DNA of 64,000 bases from Eubacteriales bacterium (GTDB lineage Bacteria > Bacillota > Clostridia > Oscillospirales > CAG-272): the NCBI GenBank assembly GCA_045651165.1, contig JAZRRX010000058.1, positions 3,879 to 67,878 of the forward strand, in the 5' to 3' direction. A program made the translations under genes and the position numbers. Below are positions 50,996 through 59,269 of this stretch, one piece after another (the first letter of the stretch is position 1; each line of letters opens with the position of its first letter). The notes under the pieces are model-generated. The model was not told where the DNA came from. It ran no database searches and worked only from the letters and a program-made list of their open reading frames with translations.

Positions 50996-52621
50996 ATGAA
51001 AAAAAGATTTGTTTTACTAATTACTCTTGCTTTAATATTGGTTGTGGCTTGTGTAATGATATTTGTAATATTTAAGCACGAGCATATCGTTGATGACAAA
51101 TGGTCGTACAACGAAGAATTGCATTGGAAAAACATTACTTGCACTTGGGATACGTGCAAATTTGATATTGTAACCGAAGAGCATTGTGATAATGATGGCA
51201 ACTTATTCTGCGATGTTTGTGGATTTGAGATGTCAGTGCCTGCTTGGGATATCAAATGGATATATAGTGCAACTCATCACTGGTGGTATCCTACATTTGA
51301 AGGTGGAATTGCACTTGGTGTCGTTTATGGATATGGGGAACACGTAAATATTGATGAGGATATGAAATGTGATGTTTGTGGATATGATTTTTCCACAAAT
51401 GTTACGCCTCTTGGAGTGTTTTTTAGCACCTTGCCCGGCGTTGAGTGGCTTGGAACACTTAAAGCAGATGAGGTTGCTGAAATAAAAATGATAGAAGAAA
51501 ACAGTGGAGTTGCGCCCGGTAGCTTGAAATGTATTTCAAATTCAACAAATCCATCTGCCATAGCAAGACTTTTGAGTGAATTCCGCTCGCTTGGGGTAAT
51601 TAATTTCAAGGGCGACCATCCATTTGTACCGGGCGGTCAGATATTGACCGTTGAATTCGTTTTGAAGGACGGCACTAAAAAATCATTTTCGTTTAATAAT
51701 GAGATTTATTCCGATAGCAATGGCAATCATTATTTTACTATGGGTGAAATTCCCACATTTCACGACGTGCCTGAATACACAATGCATTACGGATTTGTTT
51801 CCTACACGGATAAGTGTGAGATTTGGTATGAAGGTGATGATTTTGAACCATATTTTCTTTGTAATATCCCTATAGACAAACTTGAATTTGTAAGCTTGGA
51901 ATACGAGTTGCCTGCAGTGGTTTCTGAATATCCCTATTTTATCAAAACTGAATTTGGAACTTTAGAATTTTATAGTAACGATATATTCTTCATTGTTGGA
52001 GAAGGTCAATATTATGAACTTGTCGGCAAAAATCTTGACGAATTGATTATGGAGGCAACGGTTGGTTATTCCGTTACGATGAATGACGAGGATTGGTTGT
52101 ACGAGGATTTACAGTCGAGATACAAAGCAGGTGAAACTGTTTCAGTTAAAATCGGAATTGCCTATGATGTGGGATATATGTTTTTCGTGAATGGTGAGAG
52201 AATAATGCCTGAAGAACATGTTGGCAATCCGTATTGGGAATTTGTCTTTACAATGCCCGAAAGTGATGTTGTAATAGATTTTAAAACCTATAAAGGATTT
52301 TTGCCCGAAAACTATGATGCTTTGTATGAAGCGTTTTGGACGAATAATTTGGATGCGGAATACGTTCACATAAGACATTATTACGGTGAATTTGATAGCG
52401 GTGCAATAGTTGCTATGATTGATTCGGGCTTTTATATGCAAGTTATTGGTAAGGATATAGTTACAGGAGTAACTATACATTATTCTGATAGTAATCGCAT
52501 TACCGTTTTGTACGAGGGGAAATTTTATTCCTTGCTTGAGGCATATCAAAAAGGATATCTAACTGCTGAGGATATTCAGACGATTGCTGATTTACATCAT
52601 AATCAAATAATTCCAGAATAA
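50996..52621 (+). CDS. Exported hypothetical protein with Cys/His-rich repeats and a divergent InlB-B-repeat-like domain
   Basis: N-terminal TM/signal; two W..N..HW...EH...D..CDVCG(F/Y) units; YKAGETVSV...FTMPESDVVI. Confidence 0.7.
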   Translation: MKKRFVLLITLALILVVACVMIFVIFKHEHIVDDKWSYNEELHWKNITCTWDTCKFDIVTEEHCDNDGNLFCDVCGFEMSVPAWDIKWIYSATHHWWYPTFEGGIALGVVYGYGEHVNIDEDMKCDVCGYDFSTNVTPLGVFFSTLPGVEWLGTLKADEVAEIKMIEENSGVAPGSLKCISNSTNPSAIARLLSEFRSLGVINFKGDHPFVPGGQILTVEFVLKDGTKKSFSFNNEIYSDSNGNHYFTMGEIPTFHDVPEYTMHYGFVSYTDKCEIWYEGDDFEPYFLCNIPIDKLEFVSLEYELPAVVSEYPYFIKTEFGTLEFYSNDIFFIVGEGQYYELVGKNLDELIMEATVGYSVTMNDEDWLYEDLQSRYKAGETVSVKIGIAYDVGYMFFVNGERIMPEEHVGNPYWEFVFTMPESDVVIDFKTYKGFLPENYDALYEAFWTNNLDAEYVHIRHYYGEFDSGAIVAMIDSGFYMQVIGKDIVTGVTIHYSDSNRITVLYEGKFYSLLEAYQKGYLTAEDIQTIADLHHNQIIPE

Positions 52622-52622
52622 T

Positions 52623-52646
52623 AAAAGGCGGAATTTTCCGCCTTTT
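52623..52646 (+). terminator. Intrinsic terminator
   Basis: AAAAGGCGGAA-TT-TTCCGCCTTTT. Confidence 0.8.
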
Positions 52647-52680
52647 TCTTTATTTATTTCTTATATATTATATGTTCCTT

Positions 52681-52762
52681 ATGCACGAGGTGCACCCACC
52701 CTCTGCACACAAAATACTCCCCTCTATGCACGAGATGCATACACCCCCTGCACCAAATGCAT
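52681..52762. repeat. TGCA-rich direct repeats (28-bp unit, 45-bp period)
   Basis: 52681-52708 vs 52726-52753 match at 24/28; seven TGCA tetramers in about 80 bp. Confidence 0.7.
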
Positions 52763-52808
52763 AGGAAATAAATAAAACTATATCCAATAGAACTAAATCC
52801 AATATAAC

Positions 52809-52840
52809 TTATCCACCTTAACTACGGTAGGGGTGGATAA
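52809..52840. repeat. Palindrome with DnaA-box-like arms
   Basis: TTATCCACC ... GGTGGATAA with an inner CTAC-G-GTAG; each arm is 8/9 to TTATCCACA. Confidence 0.6.
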
Positions 52841-52847
52841 AGATAAA

Positions 52848-53009
52848 TTCAAATTTTGATTTATCGGGGAGTTAGTTTAGTTGAATAGCGGACGCGCAAT
52901 GCGCGCCCCTACACTATACTGGATTTAAATTCGATAATGTAGGGGCGGTCACTGGCCGCCCGTTTCCGAAGGAAAACTAACTTTTTATCTCTCCCATAAA
53001 CCCCAATTT
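52848..53009 (+). mobile_element. Non-autonomous element copy C with two non-identical REPs
   Basis: TTCAAATTTTGATTT left end, AAACCCCAATTT right end; REPs 52889-52912 and 52939-52962. Confidence 0.75.
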
Positions 53010-53040
53010 AGAGAGACATACAAACTTGTAGCGCACTAAC

Positions 53041-53075
53041 AAAAACAAAAACAGGACACGGTCATCGTGTCCTGT
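53041..53075 (-). terminator. Terminator of rplJL
   Basis: ACAGGACACG-GTCAT-CGTGTCCTGT with an A tract on the + side. Confidence 0.78.
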
Positions 53076-53114
53076 ATTGTACAGCAAGTAAAAAAGTTCT
53101 CTGTAGAAACTAAA

Positions 53115-53486
53115 TTATTTAATTTCAACTGTTGCGCCTGCAGCAACAAGAGCTTCTTTGATTTTTTCAGCTTCGTCCTTAGAAACGCCTTCCTTAAGTG
53201 TCTTGGGAGCGCCTTCAACGAGGTCCTTAGCGTCCTTAAGGCCGAGACCTGTAAGTTCACGAACAACCTTGATAACGTCGAGCTTCTTAGCACCGAAGGA
53301 TGCAAGAACTACATCAAATTCTGTCTTTTCTTCAACTGCAGCAGCGGGAGCAGCAACACCAACAGCAGCAACGGGAGCAGCGGATACGCCGAATTCCTCT
53401 TCAACTGCCTTTACGAGTTCGTTCAACTCAAGAATAGTCAAACCTTTAATTGTTTCAACAATAGCTGTAATCTTTTCGTTAGCCAT
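53115..53486 (-). CDS. rplL: 50S ribosomal protein L7/L12
   Basis: [40 protein letters not shown]; GGAGG RBS. Confidence 0.98.
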   Translation of the reverse strand: MANEKITAIVETIKGLTILELNELVKAVEEEFGVSAAPVAAVGVAAPAAAVEEKTEFDVVLASFGAKKLDVIKVVRELTGLGLKDAKDLVEGAPKTLKEGVSKDEAEKIKEALVAAGATVEIK

Positions 53487-53567
53487 TTTTAAATCCTCCA
53501 AAATTCAATAAAAAATTTCTTTTGTTTATTTATGCGATTTTTTTACGCAATGAGTTTTGTTTGCAGA

Positions 53568-54104
53568 TTATTCTGCAGCGGGAGCTTCTTCTGCGGGAGC
53601 AGGAGCAGCTTCTCCGTCCTTGTCGATAATTGCCTGGATTGCATATGCAAAGCCGTAAAGAGGGCTCTGTACGCTTCCGAGGAACTTCGCGATAAGTGTT
53701 TCTCTTGAGGGGATGTCAGCGAGTTCGTTAACTGTAGCTTCGTTAACAACAACACCGTCAACATAACCAGCAAGGATCTGGAATGACTTAACCTTATCGG
53801 AGTACTTCTTAAGAATCTTTGCAGGTGCAACTGCATCTTCCTTAGAAATAGCGATAGCTGTCATACCAGTAAGGTACTGCTTCATTTCGCCGTAACCTGC
53901 TTCTTCACAAGCTCTGCCTGTAAGGGAGTTCTTAACTACCTTATAGTCAACGCCTGCTTCACGGAGCTCTTTACGCATAGCTGTATCAGCATCAACTGTG
54001 ATACCCTGGTAATTTACAAGAACACCGGAAACAGATTCTTTAATCTGAGCAGAAAGTTCAGCAACAACTTGTTGCTTCTTTTCAAGTATTACTTTACTTG
54101 GCAT
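53568..54104 (-). CDS. rplJ: 50S ribosomal protein L10
   Basis: KQQVVAEL, YKVVKNSL, LADIPSRETLIAK; start at ATG 54104 after AGGAGG. Confidence 0.96.
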   Translation of the reverse strand: MPSKVILEKKQQVVAELSAQIKESVSGVLVNYQGITVDADTAMRKELREAGVDYKVVKNSLTGRACEEAGYGEMKQYLTGMTAIAISKEDAVAPAKILKKYSDKVKSFQILAGYVDGVVVNEATVNELADIPSRETLIAKFLGSVQSPLYGFAYAIQAIIDKDGEAAPAPAEEAPAAE

Positions 54105-54139
54105 TGTACTTTCCTCCTGTAATAATAAACGAATATAAT

Positions 54140-54262
54140 AAAAAAATCCTTCCGAAAGGCATAGCACCCCAAGGAAAGACACACAATAATACATTATTAA
54201 AGTATAAAATCTTCCTCGGCAGGAGAGCTTAGCGCCTTTACTGGAACCTGCTGTCTTTGGAT
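54140..54262 (-). ncRNA. L10 leader (autogenous rplJL control)
   Basis: Minus strand AAGACAGCAGG...CCTGCCGAGG kink-turn-type pairing, followed by a hairpin and T tract, upstream of rplJ. Confidence 0.85.
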
Positions 54263-54271
54263 AACACAAGT

Positions 54272-54299
54272 ATTATACCACTTTTTTCTGATTTGTCAA
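54272..54299 (-). promoter_or_regulatory. SigA promoter for rplJL
   Basis: Minus strand TTGACA, 16 bp, TGgTATAAT. Confidence 0.75.
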
Positions 54300-54366
54300 T
54301 AGTTTTTTTGAAAATTTTTTAACTTTTTTCAGAGTTTGATTTTGATATGGATTTTGAGTTTATTTC

Positions 54367-54399
54367 AATAAAAGCCCCGAATTTTTCGAGGCTTTTATT
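54367..54399 (-). terminator. Terminator after the aspartokinase-GNAT unit
   Basis: AATAAAAGCC...GGCTTTTATT imperfect stem. Confidence 0.6.
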
Positions 54400-54849
54400 T
54401 TATATTTTCTTTTTGTAAACTCTTGTATCTTCACCCTCGACATCTTTGGCTTCAGTGAAAAATTCGTATCCGTATTTTTCATAGAGCCCTATGTGGTTGG
54501 TCGAGATGTAAACATCGGTTGCGCCGTCCTGCTTTGCAAGTTTTTCGGCAAAGGTGAGCAAATTCCCCGACAAACGCTTGCCACGATATTCGGGAAAGGT
54601 ATACACAAATCCAATCCAAGGTGTTAAATCAGTCGGTTGAACGTCATCGAATTTAGCCAAAGTGCAAAACGAGATGAGGTTTTCACCCTCTGTGAGCATC
54701 AAAACCCTTGAATTTTCACCAACGAGGTCGAAAAGCTTATTTTCTTTTACAAGATAAGCAAGATAAGGACCTGCTCCCCAATCGCATTTTTCCATTTGCG
54801 AGAGCCAATGCTCCTTGTTTTCCACCCTGAAAAGCTCTAAAACTTCCAT
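54400..54849 (-). CDS. GNAT family N-acetyltransferase
   Basis: PWIGFVYTFPEYRGKRLSG, GLYEKYGY. Confidence 0.85.
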   Translation of the reverse strand: MEVLELFRVENKEHWLSQMEKCDWGAGPYLAYLVKENKLFDLVGENSRVLMLTEGENLISFCTLAKFDDVQPTDLTPWIGFVYTFPEYRGKRLSGNLLTFAEKLAKQDGATDVYISTNHIGLYEKYGYEFFTEAKDVEGEDTRVYKKKI

Positions 54850-56166
54850 TTATTTAACGAACTCCTTGTAGATTGCATCAATTGTTTTTTCGTAATCACT
54901 TTCATAAACTGCAATTACTATGTTAAGCTCACTTGCACCCTGGTCAATCATTCTAACGTTGACGCCTGCGCTTGAAATTGCAGAGAAAATGCGGGCAGCA
55001 GTACCTTTTGTTTCCTTCATTCCGCGACCAACGACTGCAACGAGTGCAAGACCTGTGTCAACTGTGATATTGTCTGCCTCAGTTATTCTGTGGAGCTCGG
55101 GTATAAATTCATCAATTTTAGCATTCAATTCCTCACTGCTTACAACGTGACTCATGGAGTCAATTCCTGACGCCAAGTGCTCGGTGTGTATTTCATATTG
55201 GTCAAGACATCTGAAAACTCTTGCGGCAAAGCCAAATTCACCACCCATGTGGTTCTTTTCGATGTTTACAACTGAAAATCCCTTCTTACCTGCAATACCT
55301 GTGATAACGTAATTGCTGTCGCGCTCAGTTGCGAGAGGAACAATTATCGTTCCTTTATCCTCGGGGTGATTGGTGTTTCTAATGTTAATCGGAATGCCTT
55401 CTTTTTGAACGGGAAAAATGGAGTCCTCGTGGAGCACGGTCGCGCCATTATAAGAAAGCTCGCGAAGTTCACGATATGTGATAGTAGATATAGGAAGAGG
55501 ATTCTTTATAATTCTTGGGTCTGCCATAAGGAAGCCCGAAACGTCAGTCCAGTTTTCATACAAATCGGCATTTGACGCGCGCGCTACGATTGAACCTGTA
55601 ATGTCAGAGCCACCACGAGAGAAGGTCTTTATTGTTCCGTTGGGCATTGAACCATAGAAACCGGGAATTACGGCATATTGGTGCTTTGCGAGTTCCTCTT
55701 TCATTGCTTGGTTGGTCTTTTCTTCGTCAAATTCACTGTTTTCTTTGAAGAAAATAACGTTTTCTGCATCAATAAAGTCAAAACCGAGATATTTTGCCAG
55801 TATCAAACTGTTGAGATATTCACCACGGCTTGCGGCATAGTCGCGACCCGAACGAGCCATCATAGCATTTTTTATGTATTCAAGCTCACCTGTGATGTCA
55901 AAGTCAATGCCAAGTCCACTTATTATTTCTGTGTATCTTTTAACTATCTGACGGTAATAGTCCGTTATATCCTCGCGATTGCGAATCATATTATAGCAGT
56001 TATAGAGCATGTCGGTAACTTTTTCGTCATTACCTGAACGCTTTCCAGGAGCCGATGCTACAACATAACGACGAGAGGGATCTGCCTTAATTATTTCTGC
56101 AACGCGAATAAAATGTTCGGCGTCTGCTAATGATGTTCCACCGAATTTTACAACCTTTAATTGCAT
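54850..56166 (-). CDS. Aspartate kinase
   Basis: VVKFGGTSLA, SAPGKR, SRGGSDITG, WTDVSG, C-terminal ACT domains. Confidence 0.93.
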   Translation of the reverse strand: MQLKVVKFGGTSLADAEHFIRVAEIIKADPSRRYVVASAPGKRSGNDEKVTDMLYNCYNMIRNREDITDYYRQIVKRYTEIISGLGIDFDITGELEYIKNAMMARSGRDYAASRGEYLNSLILAKYLGFDFIDAENVIFFKENSEFDEEKTNQAMKEELAKHQYAVIPGFYGSMPNGTIKTFSRGGSDITGSIVARASNADLYENWTDVSGFLMADPRIIKNPLPISTITYRELRELSYNGATVLHEDSIFPVQKEGIPINIRNTNHPEDKGTIIVPLATERDSNYVITGIAGKKGFSVVNIEKNHMGGEFGFAARVFRCLDQYEIHTEHLASGIDSMSHVVSSEELNAKIDEFIPELHRITEADNITVDTGLALVAVVGRGMKETKGTAARIFSAISSAGVNVRMIDQGASELNIVIAVYESDYEKTIDAIYKEFVK

Positions 56167-56298
56167 CGTTTAGTTCCTTTCGAAATTACTTGATTTTAGT
56201 AATATGTTATGTAAAAAGAATGTAATTTGTCAAATTCAAAGCTATTGTATCATAAAAAATACAATAAGTAAATAGAAAAAATAAATTTTGCACACACT

Positions 56299-56331
56299 TT
56301 GACAATATTTGCTTGTGTTTGGAGATATAAT
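56299..56331 (+). promoter_or_regulatory. spoIIG-type SigA promoter with an over-long spacer
   Basis: TTGACA (56299-56304), 21 bp, TATAAT (56326-56331); TTTGACA is 6/7 to the Spo0A box TTCGNCA. Confidence 0.7.
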
Positions 56332-56380
56332 GAGTAAGCTAAGTTCATAAATTAGGGTTTGTTTAGAAATTGGAGAAAAA

Positions 56381-57241
56381 ATGGTAGTTTACGGTGATTT
56401 GCTTTTTCTTATCAATTTTAGCATGGATTTTTTGTGCTTTTACATATCGTGTTTGCTATTGCATCAGAAATTGCCATTGTTTCGCATGTGCTTGTCAAGT
56501 TTTATGGGTGGCGTGTATTCCGTGATAGCATTATTTATTCCGATTAAAGGGATTAAAGCAACGGCAATTGACATATTGGTGCTCGTTTTGATGTGTTTGA
56601 CAGTTTATTTAAGAAAGAATGTAAAAGTTGGAAAGATACTGAAGGGTATTTTTCTATACTTTTTTGTGTCAGCACTCTTGGGTGGACTTATGACCTCACT
56701 TTTTTCTATGTTCAATCGAATAGAACTTTTGGCAAAGAATACAGGGCTCGAAGAGGGAATTGACGTATGGATTTTTGCCCTGCTTGCGATAGCAGGTTCG
56801 ATTTTCACTTTAAAGGGTGGAAAAATATTTAGAAGTTCTTCCTCCAAGCGCACAGCATCTCTTGTGATAGAAAGTGATATAGGACAAAAAGAATTGCACG
56901 CTTTAGTAGATAGTGGGAATCTTGCCATAGACCCCATAAGTGGCAAGTCGGTAATTTTTGTTAGTGTAGAAAAATGCAAGAATATTGTCGATAATGCTTT
57001 GTATGACTTTGTAAAAAATAATAGAAATATAGATGATATTCCAATAACGATTTTGTCGAAAATACGAATGATACCAACGCGTGCCGTGTCTGGAGAAACG
57101 CTTTTACCTGCCGTAAGATTTAAAAATGTCAGCATAAAATGTGGCAAGAATAAAAAAGATATTGACGTTTACATAGGCCTTGTAAATGGTGAAAAGTTGG
57201 GGGAATATGACGCGATAATATCGGACGAAACTATTGCATAA
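56381..57241 (+). CDS. spoIIGA: Sigma-E processing aspartic peptidase
   Basis: VYGDLLFLINFSMD, five TM helices, catalytic LVDSGNL..DP; position upstream of sigE. Confidence 0.92.
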   Translation: MVVYGDLLFLINFSMDFLCFYISCLLLHQKLPLFRMCLSSFMGGVYSVIALFIPIKGIKATAIDILVLVLMCLTVYLRKNVKVGKILKGIFLYFFVSALLGGLMTSLFSMFNRIELLAKNTGLEEGIDVWIFALLAIAGSIFTLKGGKIFRSSSSKRTASLVIESDIGQKELHALVDSGNLAIDPISGKSVIFVSVEKCKNIVDNALYDFVKNNRNIDDIPITILSKIRMIPTRAVSGETLLPAVRFKNVSIKCGKNKKDIDVYIGLVNGEKLGEYDAIISDETIA

Positions 57242-57313
57242 AATTCAAAATACATTAATAATACATAAAAAATATTTCAAAATAATAATATAAAAATTTA
57301 AATGGAGAATCTT

Positions 57314-58087
57314 ATGGCAAAGAAAAATAAATTCATATTATTCAACAGAGGGATTTTTTGTTGCATTGGTGATTGCTTTAAAAAAATAATATTCAAAATC
57401 AAACTACTTATAGCAAAAATTCTTTCGCGTGGCGCGGTAAAAGGGGTATATTACGTCAATGGTCCGGATGTTTTGCCAGCTCCACTTTCGAAAGAGGAAG
57501 AAACAAAATATCTTGAAGAGCTACCCTATAATGACCGTGCGCGTGATATTCTTATTGAACACAATCTGCGCCTTGTTGTTTATATAGCTAAAAAATTTGA
57601 AAGCACGGGAATTTGCATTGAGGACTTGGTTTCGATTGGCACAATAGGTCTTATAAAGGGCATAAACACATTTCGCGCAGATAAAAACATCAAGCTTGCC
57701 ACCTATGCCTCGCGTTGTATTGAAAACGAGATACTTATGTACATAAGAAAGACATCACAGAGTAAGTGCGAGGTGTCAATTGACGAGCCACTCAACGTCG
57801 ATTGGGATGGAAACGAGCTTTTGCTATCCGACGTGCTTGGCAACGAGGAGGACAACGTTGCATACGAGCTTGAAAAGGAGGAGGAGCGCAGAATAATACG
57901 CGAAGCGGTTGAGCGTCTTGATGAGCGCGAGCGCCTGATAATTGAGATGCGATTTGGACTTTTTGGAAGAAAAGAAATGACACAAAAGGATGTGGCACAA
58001 GAGCTTGGAATATCGCAAAGTTACATATCACGTCTTGAAAAAAAGATAATTTCTCAACTTAGAGAAGAAATAGAAAATAAAATTTGA
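57314..58087 (+). CDS. sigE: Sporulation sigma factor sigma-E (pro-form)
   Basis: [66 protein letters not shown]; GGAG RBS before ATG 57314. Confidence 0.93.
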   Translation: MAKKNKFILFNRGIFCCIGDCFKKIIFKIKLLIAKILSRGAVKGVYYVNGPDVLPAPLSKEEETKYLEELPYNDRARDILIEHNLRLVVYIAKKFESTGICIEDLVSIGTIGLIKGINTFRADKNIKLATYASRCIENEILMYIRKTSQSKCEVSIDEPLNVDWDGNELLLSDVLGNEEDNVAYELEKEEERRIIREAVERLDERERLIIEMRFGLFGRKEMTQKDVAQELGISQSYISRLEKKIISQLREEIENKI

Positions 58088-58180
58088 AAAAATTTAAAAA
58101 AACTATTGCAAAATGGAGTTAATTGTGTTATAATCATATGCAATGTGAATAATTTTGCTAAAAAGTGAGGTGTAAATAAA

Positions 58181-58390
58181 ATGAAGACAGGTATCCATCC
58201 TAAGTATGAAGAAGTAACAATTAAGTGTGCTTGTGGTGAAACAGTTACAACAAAGTCCACAAAGGGCGGAGATGTAAGCGTTGAAATTTGCTCTAAGTGT
58301 CATCCTTTCTTTACTGGTAAGCAGAAATTCGTTGATGCTGGCGGTAGAGTTGATAAATTCAAGAAGAGATTGCAGGCTAGCGCAAAATAA
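58181..58390 (+). CDS. rpmE: 50S ribosomal protein L31 (zinc-binding type)
   Basis: [29 protein letters not shown]. Confidence 0.97.
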   Translation: MKTGIHPKYEEVTIKCACGETVTTKSTKGGDVSVEICSKCHPFFTGKQKFVDAGGRVDKFKKRLQASAK

Positions 58391-58417
58391 TTTTAAATTA
58401 GTACATTTCGCAACTAC

Positions 58418-58450
58418 GGGCAAGCTATGTGTTTTTGCACATACTTGCCC
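58418..58450 (+). terminator. Hairpin after rpmE
   Basis: GGGCAAG-c-TATGTG / CACATA-CTTGCCC; weak U tract. Confidence 0.5.
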
Positions 58451-58474
58451 TTATTGTGTTTTTGAGGTGGTTTT

Positions 58475-59269
58475 ATGGCAAAAAAGTCCTTACCTATTGC
58501 GGTTTTTGACTCAGGAATTGGCGGTGTAAGTGTTTTAAAAGAGCTTATACGCTTACTTCCAAATGAAAATTTCATATATTTTGGCGATACCGCAAATGCG
58601 CCCTATGGTACAAAGAGCGCAGAGAAGGTAAGAGAAATGACTTTTTCCGTCTATGAGAGCCTCAAGGCAGAGGGAATAAAGGCTTTCGTTATCGCGTGCA
58701 ATACGGCAACAAGTGTTGCGGTGGCATCTTTACGCGAAAAATATCCCGAGGATATAATTATTGGGGTTGAGCCCGCCCTAAAACCTGCCGTTAAATGTTG
58801 TGAGCGCCCAACGGTTGCAGTGCTTGCCACTCCTTTAACATTAAAGGAAGAAAAATTTGCCCATTTGCTTGAAAAATTCGGTACGGATGCGCGCGTAATT
58901 CCTTTTGCGTGCCCGGGCCTTGTTGAGTTTGTTGAGCGTGGAGAGATAGGTGGCAATGCCTTGCATACATTTCTTGAGGAGTTACTTTCCCCTTTAAAAG
59001 AGGAAAAACTTGATGCCGTAGTGCTCGGATGTACACATTATCCATTTGTTAAAGCAGAAATAACCTCGGTGTTGGAAAAAAACGTGCAAATTTTTGACGG
59101 AAGCGAGGGTACTGCGCGTGAAACACGTCGTCGTCTTGAAGAAGCAGAACTTTTGTCTGAAACTGACCACAAAGGAAGCGTAATTTTTGTTGATTCATCA
59201 TATCCTAACGAAAGAGATTCAAGTAAATCCTTGCTTGTGAAATTTGGAGGTGAATATATATGCAGTTGA
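58475..59269 (+). CDS. murI: Glutamate racemase
   Basis: FDSGIGG, DTANAPYG, VIACNTA, VLGCTHYP. Confidence 0.96.
   Translation: MAKKSLPIAVFDSGIGGVSVLKELIRLLPNENFIYFGDTANAPYGTKSAEKVREMTFSVYESLKAEGIKAFVIACNTATSVAVASLREKYPEDIIIGVEPALKPAVKCCERPTVAVLATPLTLKEEKFAHLLEKFGTDARVIPFACPGLVEFVERGEIGGNALHTFLEELLSPLKEEKLDAVVLGCTHYPFVKAEITSVLEKNVQIFDGSEGTARETRRRLEEAELLSETDHKGSVIFVDSSYPNERDSSKSLLVKFGGEYICS

Noticed and set aside
52809-52840. Chromosomal oriC
   Set aside because: There are only two imperfect DnaA boxes and no dnaA/dnaN/rpmH context, so it is kept only as a possible mobile-replicon relic.
54105-54269. 55-aa N-terminal extension of L10 shown in the ORF track
   Set aside because: It is the non-coding L10 leader; the true start has an AGGAGG RBS at 54104. 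The tracked extensions of aroK, rsmI, murA, potA and the GerA-family gene were trimmed for similar reasons.
56167-56298. Lysine riboswitch or T-box upstream of aspartate kinase
   Set aside because: The region is short and AT-rich, is shared with the spoIIGA promoter, and has no conserved aptamer or T-box motif.
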